64,000 bases of DNA, taken from NCBI GenBank assembly GCA_030704615.1, contig CM060733.1, positions 28,830,001-28,894,000 of the forward strand. Direction: 5' to 3'. This DNA is from Takakia lepidozioides (taxonomy: Eukaryota; Plantae; Bryophyta). Below are positions 1 through 11,098 of this stretch, one piece after another; position 1 is the stretch's first letter; each line of letters starts with the position of its first letter. The notes beneath the pieces are model-generated. The model saw only the letters and a list, made by a program, of their open reading frames with translations, was not told the DNA's origin and searched no databases. The translations under genes were made by a program, and so were the position numbers.

Positions 1-820
1 AAGTCTTAGGTGGCTTCTCCTCCAACTTCCGTCTGGCCCATGGGGCCAGTCCCGCCACAAAGTTGAAGACCATTTCTGGTTCTGCCATGTCCACGACTTC
101 GAGCAACAGCACATTGAAAGCCTGGACATATCCCCGAATGTCATCCGTTTGCTTCAAATTCCTCATCTTGTCTCGAGTGAGCCAGGACGCGTTGAGGGGC
201 ACAAACTGTCTCTTCATGAGTTCCTTGAACCCACTCCAGTTTAAGGTCTCCAGGTTTGGACCTCGGTCGTGAAGGCGTTTCTACCACCATTGTTGAGCAT
301 AGCCCCTCAAATAGGTGGGAGCCACTTCCACCTGATCCTCGTCATCCAACTTGGCCGCCCGGAAGTATTGCTCTAGCTCCAAGAGCCAGGTGTTGAGTGC
401 CTTCCGATTTTGGACGCACTCAAAGGTGTCGGGTTCCTTAGGCTTCACCTTAAACTTTGCCTTAGTGGAAGTGGCATTAGTGGTCTTTAACACGTCTTCC
501 AACGTCCCACCAAACTGCGCCAACAACCCTTCCCAAAAGGTTGCTGGCATGGGAGGTATCTGTTGGTTTGTCGGAGCTCTCAGGGATTCCTCGGGCTCCG
601 ACTCCTCAGATTCCTCCTGTCCTTGAGCGGCCTCGCTTCCAAAGGCATGCATCGCTTCCTCAAATGGCTGCTTCGGTGACACGTCGCCCCCATCGGGCTC
701 ACCAGGATCATCATCTTTCGGGCCGTTCTGCTTTCGCTTTGGCTTGCCTGTCGTGCGCATACATATCGCTACACAACTACATCGCTGTCCAAAACCACAC
801 AACACATGTGCACACCACAC
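1..820 (-). pseudogene. gag (Retrotrans_gag domain) of family A, with an in-frame stop at 281-283
   Basis: KPKEPDTF...LNTWLLELEQYF...YLRGYAQQWW* continues in frame as WSGFKELMKRQFVP...LKQTDDIRGYVQAF, a typical gypsy capsid sequence. Confidence 0.85.
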
Positions 821-1357
821 ACTAGTATACCACTAGTCCACCACTAGTCCAGCCACTAGTCCAACCACTAGGCTACAACAAGTCAGTCACTAGGCTGCCA
901 TTATGCTGCCCACTATGGCAGTCACTAGTCCACACAATAGTTGTAGCACTTGTGGTTTCGAGTGATAAAGAAGAAGAATACAAGCACAAGCTCATGCGAG
1001 CTCACAAAGCTGAAGCATAAACTCATGCATATATAACCTCATCACTCAAATACAAGTCAAGCCAAGTGCACCCCACGCCATGGGGAATCCACACTACGGC
1101 GCCATAGCTAGGCGCGGTGAGGCTCAACTCGAGAAAGATGAGCCTTCCGCGCTTGCCGTGAAGATAACAACTCCAGGGCCTAAATCTGCCTTGACCCCTG
1201 GATTGACACTTGGGCCAATCCCAAATGTCAATATGTAAAAGCTAGCTATTTCCTAGCTAGTTTCACACTAGTGGTAAAATAACTTGACATGCCCGACCCC
1301 ATGATGAGGCCGATCCCAAGGACTATCGCGTACTAAACTCTAAGCTCTGATACCAAG

Positions 1358-2081
1358 TGTCGTGCACCTCACTTCGGTAAGCTCCCCTTCAAGTCATAGT
1401 TACTCGCTTGATGCGCGCGCCTAACTCCCAAACTGGCCACCGGGCCAACTCGGAGCTTCGGCTACTCACCGGGGCATAACGGTCCCCCTTTACTCCTCCA
1501 CTAGACCCTCTCCCAATTTGAGCCTAGTGGAAATTCCCTTTGGTCGAAGGCAGTCCGGAATAGCTCCCCACACCTTGGTCGCTTTCCGGCTCGCACGCTT
1601 ACTCACTAGTTTTTGGACACCAACGGGCTTGCACCGTTCTCGGGGTTACTACTCCCTATATATACTTTTGTGACTGTCCGCGGGGGTTTCACAAACAACA
1701 CCACCATTTTATGGCGAACCACCACGAAAACCCTCGATTCCCGGTGATGAGTCGCGGTGAGTCTTGGCCCACCCACCACGGTCCCCTTGGACCGTGATGA
1801 GTCCCAAGACTCCCCACGACTCCCACCACAAGGTCTCCGCCCCCATGGTGAGTCCTATGCCACCCCCATTAAGTCCCAATAAGCTACCACCACCCTTTGT
1901 GGAGCCACCCCCACCGCAACCCGGTGTGCGGGGCTCCACCTAGTGAGTGCCTCCGCCTCCTCGAGTGCTTGGGCACTCGAGGTTGCTTCAGCCCCCCATA
2001 CCTATTGCTGCCACCGCCCCCACCACAAGGGCAGCCCCTCTGCGACCCGACCCCCTGCCCTCAAGGCAAAGGGCCGCGACA
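1358..2081 (-). repeat. 5' LTR of family A (724 bp)
   Basis: TG...CA termini, adjacent Met PBS, and a reverse-complement match to 40917-41641. Confidence 0.9.
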
Positions 2082-2937
2082 GCTGTAGTGCCCGTGGAAA
2101 ATCCCATTGCCCGCTCTCGTTCATCTGCATTGGGCTCCACCAATTGTTGTAGCACACTGTCCCAAATCAACCCAGGACCATTGTCTCAAAAAGCATGAGA
2201 CGAGGGAAAGCTCATGAGCGTAGGCAAGGCTGAACGTGGCTGCCCCACTCGATTGACCACCGTGGACGATCATCATGTCGCACTCTTTGTGGTTGCCTCC
2301 CTTGGTCCAAAATGCCCTCAACCGTGAGGTTGGGTGGCCGTTGAATGGAATCATAGGCTCTCTTGAGCAACTCTGGTGGTACAAGATTGGTCCACCATAA
2401 CCTAGGCCTATGTGCCCGTGAACCCACTGCAGCTACATCCAACAATACAGCTGGTCCAATCCATGACCGGATCTAATGCACACTGGTCATAACCCTGGCC
2501 CGAAAATCCCCCATGAGATGAACATTCTCCAGGATGTAAGCTAGAGGTTGCACTTGCCTCACTTGCAAGTCATGCAACACTCTCAACATCTCCCAAAACA
2601 AATGCGATCGTGCATCATGCAAGCCATTCCCATGACCTGCGGAAGAGTGTCATTGGCAAGGCCATCCAGCTATCACCAAGTCAATGGCACCATGCCGGTC
2701 CAAATCATCCGCCCCCAACAAGGTAATGTCTGCTGGCAAGGCCTTTTGGTACCCTTGAATTGTTGAGAGAGGCAACAACTCAGGATACTGATAAGTGAGC
2801 AAGGCAACATGGCGCATGGAAACACGCCGAGCAATCTCACCCTTCTCCACATACAAGTACTTGCGTACTTTGATCCCTGCTTGCAACACTCTCGCAAGCC
2901 CAGTGCTCATGTCTCCAAACATGTCTAGCAAACAAAT
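2082..2937 (-). pseudogene. DNMT3-like DNA (cytosine-5) methyltransferase domain within the retroelement polyprotein
   Basis: Motif I ICLLDMFGDMSTG; IV IDLVIAGWPCQ; V GLHDARSHLFWEMLRVL; VI YILENV (2521-2529); VIII DVAAVGSRAHRPRLWWTNL; IX EPNADERERAMGF. Stops at 2650-2652, 2473-2475 and 2186-2188, plus one frameshift near 2260. Confidence 0.9.
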
Positions 2938-5821
2938 CCCTGAGTCAGGTGGTTGCCAGGTAATGGGCACTGTGTCCAAAGGAGCTAACTGATGAGGTCC
3001 ATGTGATGTCACTGAACTCCCCTCACTCACCAATGGATAGGCCTCTTGTCATGCTTGGTGCACACACTCGCCTGCTACTCGATGCAAATTCCCAACTGTA
3101 CCCCACAGTGGAATATGAACAGGCACATGAGGAAGCAAATCAGCCTTATATGCCAATTGTTTGTCCTCATCAGGTGGTGGCCTATCATCTGCATGGCTAT
3201 TGCCCTCCAAAAGCTCACCACCCCAAGCCATCACCCCTGAGAATGCAGCCAATGTGGGCATCATGTTCCTATGATCCACCGCTATATTCCTAATAAACCG
3301 CACTGGGAGCAGTGCACATCAGCCATCTCCTGACTGCCACTCCGGCCTGTAGGATGCCGTTTCCTCCCAAAAGTCCAAAGTAAATCCCATGGGGTACAAC
3401 ACAGCCCCACCAACAAGCACATCATAGGACATCGCGTCCGTAACAATGGCTTTAGCTCTCATGACTGAGCCGTCCGTAGGATGATCCGGTTGCAATCGAA
3501 TGAAGAGCTCATGGCGTGTAATCCCTTGCGCCTTCTCTGAGCCACCCAAAGATGTTTGAATTTGGAAAGGGCAAGGCTCCAAATCCGCCTCTGTAAGGCC
3601 CAAGCCTGTAATTGCTGCTCTCCCCAACATCAATGGTTGTGCTCCCGAATCCAACAAGATCCGCAGTGGCCTATACCTCCTCCCGGTTGGGCCACCCAAT
3701 TGAAACACTCCATCCTGATTGTCCACCAGGACTACCCCAAGAGTCACCATACTGCGCTCAATGGCTGGCCTAGCTGGCAACTCCTTCAACCTTGCAGCTG
3801 CCGCTTGCCATGACGCAGTTGTGGCTGACTTCACCCTCGAATCCAAAGCATCCAGAGACTGTACCTTATCTGCTATCTCCGCAGACAGTGCCGATGCATC
3901 ATCACTCTCATAGAGTCTAGCTGCTAGTCTGAACACAGCAGCTGGCCGAATCCCTGGCATTGCAATGGTCATTGCAGAAAACAATGGAGCTTGGCAAACC
4001 GCCGTAGCCACCCCCAACAATGTACTGGCTGCACCTTGCTTTGCAGCACCACCCACTAGTATTTCCCGAGCCACACCAACTCTCCCCAATAGCACTCGTG
4101 GCTCTACCTCTGACACACTTGGGCGAACGGGTGCCATCGATGGCATAGTTGGCATTGTCTCAGCCAATGTGAAAGAATGTGGAAGCCTTGTCTGTCGACT
4201 TGCTTCCCCCCTTTGTGGGTCAAAACCCACATCCGCTCTTCTTGGCTCAGGAGCACGCGTTGTTGCTCGAGTAACAGCAGCAGCAGAGTCTAATACATGC
4301 AATGGCCCTGCAAGTGCGGCTCCACATATAAAGCCCATACCAATCTGGTCTTCCCTAGGCATATGAGGTTGTGCAGGTGGGGCTTGAACCTCAGGCCTTG
4401 GAGCTAGCGCAACATGAGTAGTGGCCATGGTAGCAAGACGTTGCTCTAGCTGGGCAAGCCTATCCACCATGTCTTGGTCATGACCTTGCCCTTGACCTTG
4501 TGCTCCTTGGTTTTGGTTACGACCTCCACCGCGACTTCTGCCTCCTCTACCTCTCTGGACTACATTGCCTCGTCCCCGGCCACCATTGTTCCCTTGGAAC
4601 TGGCCTGGCCGTAGCTCAGGATGCAAGTCATAACAATGGGCCTCTTCATGCCCATACTTGCCACAATGCCCATATTGTAGTTGTGTAGGCTGTGCCTGTG
4701 CCGGCTCTTTGCCTCTCTTCGGGCAATCTCTGTTAATATGGGGTCCTCCACAATCCCAACATGTCACATCCGACTGTTGTTGGCCTGAGAATGAAGGAAG
4801 TGACCTCTGCAATTGAGATCATCTCTTTCCCTGGGCTTCGCCTGAGCCCCCTTGTTGCCTTGAACACATTCGGGTAGTGGTTGTTGTTGACTAGGAGCCC
4901 CACTTCGTTGTGTCTCCTTACCAAACCCCACCATGACCACTCGCTCCTCCACCATATTGAGCTCTATCCGCTCTACCAGCAAAAACATGTTTGCTAAGGT
5001 GGGCTGGTCCACTTGTAGAAGAGTTGCATCCCGCACCCTTCTCCTCAGCTCCTTGTCCAATATCCCATACCAAAATTGGATTGCTTGAGCTTCCGTAACT
5101 CCTTGGGTTACATTTATCAATCGCCTCATGCGCGTGTAAGCCTCCCTCAAACTCTCAGTAGGCTTGCGTTGGAACTCTTGCAAGCTCCGCAATTTATCCG
5201 TCCTTATCCCCTGGTAGTTTCTCCTCAACTCCTCGAAGAACTCCACAACTGGGTTAAAGGTAGGCACGGGTATTGGTGCTGCAGCAAGAGCTTGAGTGGA
5301 TTTCCCAGCTCCATCTTTACTTGTCTCACTACTAGTGCTCGCAGTTGGGGATGCTGGTGTTGTTGTTGGTGTCGCCGCTGCCCTTGTGCCTCTAGTGATG
5401 GAGACATAGTCAGATGACCAATATTGTCGACACTCCTCAATCTCCACCTCATTTCCCCGCCTAAACTCATGATAGTCATCCATAGGCGGCCCCTCAGCCC
5501 CTTCCACGCCATAAAAGGCGTAAACAGTTGTGGATTGCGCATCTGCTACAAATCACACCAACTATCAAACTCCTGTATGAAATCATCAAGCTCGATGGTG
5601 TCGACGTGGCCCCTTAGTAGCTCAATACATTTCCTCCATCGTATCCACAACAATGGCACAGAAATGGCTTGCACCCTCGGCGAGAATCCTCCTAACTCTG
5701 AGTCTGAACCTTCCTCAGAAGACACTGAAGGTGAAGGTGGCCTAAACCACACACCTTGTCTTGTATACCCACTAGTATCGCTGGTGCTCGTACCGGCACT
5801 CTCCTCAGTAACTGGTGGCAC
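2082..5821 (-). mobile_element. Decayed gag-protease-DNMT3-like LTR retroelement, interrupted at 2081/2082 by family A
   Basis: Gag N-terminus at 5821-4764 (LQEFQRKPTESLREAYTRM), two zinc knuckles (CWDCGGPHINRDC, YGHCGKYGHEEAHC) and an aspartic protease (LRILLDSGAQ). C5-MTase motifs follow. ORFs 3319-4812, 3049-3303, 2650-3033 and 2212-2445 are all in one frame. Confidence 0.88.
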
Positions 5822-6519
5822 CTCCGTGATGAAAACTCACACTCAAACCGGTTGTCAACCTGTCTCTAATCCCCACTTTCTACAAGGTAACCGGGTAGAG
5901 AACCTGTTGCGGCTACTAGTTCAAGCAGAAATATTTTTCTAACGTAGACCTGTATTTGCACCTACATCCACCGCAAGCACTCTTATGGTCTGCTGGTCAT
6001 CAACCTAGCCTCACCATAAGAGAACAATGATGGTCTGACTGGTCATCGCCCCAGCCTCACCATCGACAGCACACTCTAGGATTGACCGGTGATCAAATCC
6101 GGACCAACCTCTTATGAAAACAAGCGCCCACACAAAACTAATATGGCGCACAGTCAAGCATGCAGGTGTGGAGGGGATCCAAGCACAAGAAATCAAAATA
6201 GTAACTCCTCCATACCAAAAACACTCCACAGTGTCGCTCCTTCAAGACACCCCAACCCAAACCCGGACTGACTCTTGCCTCCACCTACGGAAAGGTTTTG
6301 GCCTACAGAGAGGGTGGAAGACTACAAGGAAGAGAGACTAAAGCAATTCATATCACAACATGCTCTCATCCCACTACCCTATCTCCACACTCTCTTGCTT
6401 AAGCAATAGACAAGATCTTTCAAGGATCTCTCAAATAACTCTCTAAGAGCCCATCTTCTCTCAAACAATCTCACTAAGACTCCCAAAGCTTGGACAATGG
6501 TACTCCAAACAGTACACCA

Positions 6520-6800
6520 AGGCCCCAAGAGCCTGCCAAATCTTGGCCCTCAAGAACCCCAAATAGTCCTTCAACAAGTCGCCAAAGGCTCCTCAAGCTC
6601 GCCAAATATCAGCCTCCAAGGACCCCAAACAGCCCTCCAAACAACCCTCCAAAGGTTCCAAAAACTTGCCAAATATTGGCCTTCAAAGACCCCAAATGGT
6701 CCTCCACATAGCCTTCCAAATGCTCCAAAAACTTGCCAAAACTTGGCCTTCACGGACCGCAAATAGGCCTCCAAATAGTCATCCAAATACCTCTTCAAGA
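6520..6800. repeat. Degenerate ~67-bp tandem repeat (~4 units), probably inside an LTR-like region
   Basis: GCCAAA...GGCC...GACCCCAAAT motif recurs at ~6535, 6601, 6668 and 6735. Confidence 0.7.
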
Positions 6801-7499
6801 GCTCTTCAAAGTGCCTTACAAAAGCTCCTCAGAGTGTCTTCCAAAAGCTCCCCAAGGACCCCAAAGATCCCCCAAACAATCCTCCAAAAGGCCCTTGAAA
6901 ATCCTCCAAAAGCCCTATATTGTCTTTATATGTCACTATGTTCCAACCTATAGTGACCGTTCCCACACGTTGGTGACTGTTCTCATGCACCTAAGGTTTC
7001 ATGTGCATCTCATGCTAGGGTTTGTGCATTCCAAGCTAGGGTTTGGGCTTCCTTGAGCTTCATGCTTGCTCTCCTCAAGCATCCATGACTTCTATGAGAT
7101 ACCAAGGCCAACTACCTTGATCTTCTTCACCTCAAGCCACAACCAAGCTTGATTCCATCTCACCTAGCAATGCATTTGCCACACAACAAGCTTCACTTCT
7201 CTTTGGAGCTCAAGAATCAAGCTTTTTACATCATTTGACAAGCAACCAAGTCTTGCACTCATTCAGGTGCTCTCATTTGGCCATCCACACACATGCTCCA
7301 TTCTTGGCTTCTATGTGTTGCTTCTCCAAACATCAATACATCTCCATCTCATCAAAGAGGAAGATTCAAGTCCCTTCACTTACTAGCTCAAAAGTCGTGC
7401 TATCCTCAAGCTTAAGGTTGAAACCCCAACTCAAACATGTGCTCTACAAGTGCTTTTCCTTCACCTAAGTGGAAACCAACCCTTTTCCTTTCTTCTTGC

Positions 7500-8730
7500 A
7501 CTCCAAGGCTTGAAAATAGAAGCCTCAATGGGCTGAAAACATGCTCCACATAAGCATCACTTCATACACAAAAGAATGACTTGTTCCCTTCACCTTCTAG
7601 CTCTCCTTAAGCTTGAAGTTGGAAGCCGCACTTGGAAAGCATGCTCCATACATGCGCCACTTGCTTGGTCAACCACTTGCTTCACCAAGAGCAATCCAAG
7701 AACTCATAGACTAGCAAAAGCACTCCCTTCTAGCGCCTTAGCTTGCTTGTTTGTCAACCAAATGAAACCCCACTTGGCTTCATTTCACCATGGATAAAAC
7801 AACCACTTCTTAGCTTCTCTTGAGCTACCCAATGCTCCTCAAGCTATCCTTATTGTACTCCTTCTATGGTGTTTCTAACCCAAGCATGTGTCGCTCTTTG
7901 GCTTCTCTTTCACACCATGAACAACTAAAGCTTGCTCTTGAAACCCTAGTGTCTATCTTCTCCACATATAAGACGCTTATCTTGTGATACAAGAGCTCTT
8001 TTCCAAGCTCTCAAACCCTTGGTGCACAATAATGCTTCTACAAACCCTCAATGCATTCTTTTCACCATAGAAGCCACTTCCTTGGCAAATTGTTGTCACA
8101 ACACTTGAAATATAAGAGATGACGCTCTTTCTTCTCAAACTTTCAAACCTTTGCTTCCACACACACAAGACTTTCTCCCTGCAATACTTGCAAAGTCTTG
8201 TAACTCAAGAGCTCTCTCCTTGAGCTCTCCACCTCCTTGATGCAATGCAAACATACTCTTTATTGCAACACCTTGTAAGCCTTGTGAGATACTTGAGCTT
8301 TCCCTAGCTCTCTCACTCCTTGGTGTACACCAACACAAGTGCAAAACTATCCTTACATTCCGCACTCACAAGCATAAGGTCATCTTCTTCTAGTGATAAT
8401 GAAAGTGAACATAATGGAAACCCTTTACTCATTAATCCACTCAATCACATAAAGTAAGTCAAACCAAGGGCACCCTTGCTAAGGGAATCCACCCTACAAA
8501 GCACTCACCACACTCCCTCTCAATACCTAGAGCTATGGAGGTGAGAGAGGCTCATGGAGGCTCAACTACAAGAAGATGAGCCTCCTCCATCCTCACAAGG
8601 GGAAAAGCTACCCCCATGTCCCAAGTGAGGCTCGACACCTCACTTGGCATGTGAGACCAAATGAAGTCCCAACACACAAAATATAAATATAAATATCTAA
8701 AATGTCATAGTTAACTAGAAGTAGGTAATT
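7500..8730 (-). mobile_element. Highly decayed LTR-element internal region (leader related to family A, plus ORF debris)
   Basis: 8480-8600 (GGGAATCCAC...GAGGCTCAACT...AAGATGAGCCT) resembles the family A leader at 1083-1150. Downstream minus-strand frames are broken. Confidence 0.45.
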
Positions 8731-10011
8731 CTAGATAACCATGACAGTGCTAATTTCAAAAAATTCCAAGAAGGACTCAAAATCCTCCCCTATGTTGTAC
8801 TCAGGGTATTGCTGCTTATGCATTCGCTCTCCATGATCAGATTTTTGTGGAGTAGTGTCCGGAGCCTCAGATTGTTTCAACAACATCTTCAAAAGGGGGG
8901 GGCAAATTTGAAATAACCCCCATGGCTTCACACAGCTCGTCCAAATCAAATGAGGGCTGAGGCACAGTCGCCGGGGCTTTGTGATCTCCGGACGACTCTC
9001 CCCTTTCCATATTATTCTTTTCATTAGTTGTTGTCTCTTCCTTCTCCTCCGCTGCACGTTTTTCCAACTCACTCAGTCCCATTCTTTCTTCTGGTTCCCT
9101 TTCTAGCATAGATCTTGTAAATACAGGCATGATAAGAGAATGATATGGCTACCTGTCCGAAGGAGCACTAAGCTGCAAGTCCCACCCAGACACACAGTGG
9201 GAGGTGATGAAGTGGTGCTTGTGCAGCAGGTACACTCCTTCGCCCAAGAATGCCCACAGCTCTTCTTCTCCCTTGAGCCAAAAAGCCACGCGCACAATGC
9301 TGCGCACCACCTTCTCTTTCACCAACAGCGTGTGTGCAGGATAGGTTCGAGCTTCCTCGGCCTTGTAGAGACCTACCGTTTCACGCCGAAAACACACCCC
9401 CGGAAATATCAACACATCACTAGGACAAAAAGGAAATTCAGAGTCAGGGATACCCGTGATGAGCTCTTCCCAAGTGGGATCCCGGGTCAGGCTGGCGGAA
9501 CTCGAGGTCTTAAATTAGCAAGCAGGATAGATGTTCCTCCCTTAACCAGTTCCCACAAGCATAGAGGGCTCGGCTTGTCAGGAGGTAGGAAGCTCTCAAG
9601 CTCCATACCCAATTCTCGACTCACAGAGAATTGTGGGATGTCCAAGACAGCCCAGCTAAGCTTCTCACCAGCCTCCAACTGTTCCTTGGCATTAGCAAGG
9701 GGGATTTGTAGAGTGACTTCCCTGGAGTGAAGTTTGAGGAGCAGGCGCGCAGCATAGGCCCCCTGAAGCGATTCGTGAATGCGCCTGCTCTGCTCCCGCT
9801 GCTATGCTTTGGTGCGTATGGGCTTGCAGGCTTCCTTGCGCACAGTTTCCTCAAATGTTTTGGCCCAGAACTCCGAGGGCGTGTCCAACGGGAGCTCAGG
9901 GCGCGGAAGAGGTTCTCCTTCCGGGTAATCAACAAAAACCAACTGCTCAGGCAACAGGTTGCACGCAAGCTCGCAAATGTAGCGAGATTCCAACGCCAGA
10001 GTCTGCTTCAA
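8731..10011 (-). mobile_element. Decayed retroelement 5' region: extra upstream ORF plus truncated gag N-terminus
   Basis: Gag-like start MPVFTRSM... and PEYNIGEDFESFLEFFE (8731-9130). It is preceded by stop-broken ORFs at 9149-10011. Confidence 0.45.
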
Positions 10012-10928
10012 GCGCGGGATCTCAACTTGATCAAGTTAAAACCAACCACGTTCAGAACTGGAAGCCATCGCGCTTGTTTGCCGAACTCTCAAAACACAAG
10101 AAAACATGAGCAGACAAACTCCCTCTCTCTCTCTCTGCGTACGAGACAACAGCCGCCATTTTGCCACCCCTCTCCCCTGCAATCATGCAAAATCCCCGCA
10201 CCCAATTTACTGTTCTCAGGTGCTCCGTACTCACTAAATCCTCTGTCAACGACTTTAGTTACCCCGCATCTCCACCATGATTCCGGCGCTATGGGTTTGT
10301 TCCCCTTCCTCTACCGGACTTGACCCTATCTGGGGAATGTAGTCAGTAGAAGGGCCTGGCAGAGAAGACGGAATCTTTCCAAGAGGACGTCACACACCCA
10401 AACCTCCAACACTTTCATCCAACCACTTAGGCACATCGTTACGCCCAACGTACGCTTGCGTAAGACTCAAAAGCCACCACCCTCACTGCCACGGCAATGA
10501 GGCTTAAATAGCATTAGGTCATAATCTAATCTTAGTGGCATGTGGCACTTACACATAGGTCCACCAGATGTCCTTTCAGCATAGCCATAGAAAGAAGCCA
10601 GATCACCTAGTCCCATCCTAATCTGATCCTAAAACTAGCTGTTAGAATAAGACAGCCCTTAATAAAGCCATCGGCTGTTGCCAGCTCATCCTCATAGGCC
10701 AGGTGTAAGTCCATCCAGCTTTCATCCGGGCTTCGTCCATCCCTTAAATCATCCGGAGCGCATCCCTCCTCCATCCATCCATGTCCGCGGAAAGCTCATA
10801 GAGCTTACGGGACAAAATGGAAGAAAACATGAGAGAGTAAGGTGAGAAGGACTCCCAGCTCCACATCCTCATTCACCTTAATAAAATACCCCACTAAAAA
10901 TTAAAAATTAAAGAATGACGTAAAACGG

Positions 10929-11000
10929 CACGTGTCGGTGATCGGGGCCAACCCGGGTTACATTAGGGCATGGTCAAGCTCTGGGTTAGGGTTAGGGTTA
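10929..11000 (+). promoter_or_regulatory. Putative SmB promoter/5' region: G-box CACGTG and telomere-like GGGTTAGGGTTAGGGTTA
   Basis: The motifs lie 100-170 bp upstream of the SmB ATG. Confidence 0.35.
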
Positions 11001-11098
11001 TGGAACCTCGCAGGTGGGTTGGTGTGTTGTCTCGCTGCTCTCTTCTTCCTCTGTCTCGGGCGCTCGATCTTGTCTCTGGGAAAGAAAGGTGAGCCAAG

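Larger units (their letters stand above)
1..2081 (-). mobile_element. Ty3/gypsy LTR retrotransposon family A, 5' part (5' LTR, tRNA-Met PBS, leader, gag); continues left of the window
   Basis: LTR 1358-2081 reads TGTCGCG...CACGACA on the minus strand (TG...CA, inverted ends). It aligns over its length with 40917-41641. PBS TGGTATCAGAGC at 1344-1355 lies 2 nt from the LTR. A gag-like frame follows. Confidence 0.9.

Noticed and set aside
2082-2937. Host DNMT3 gene or bacterial restriction-modification methylase
   Set aside because: It has no introns or regulatory N-terminus and no nuclease partner. It is in frame with gag-protease.
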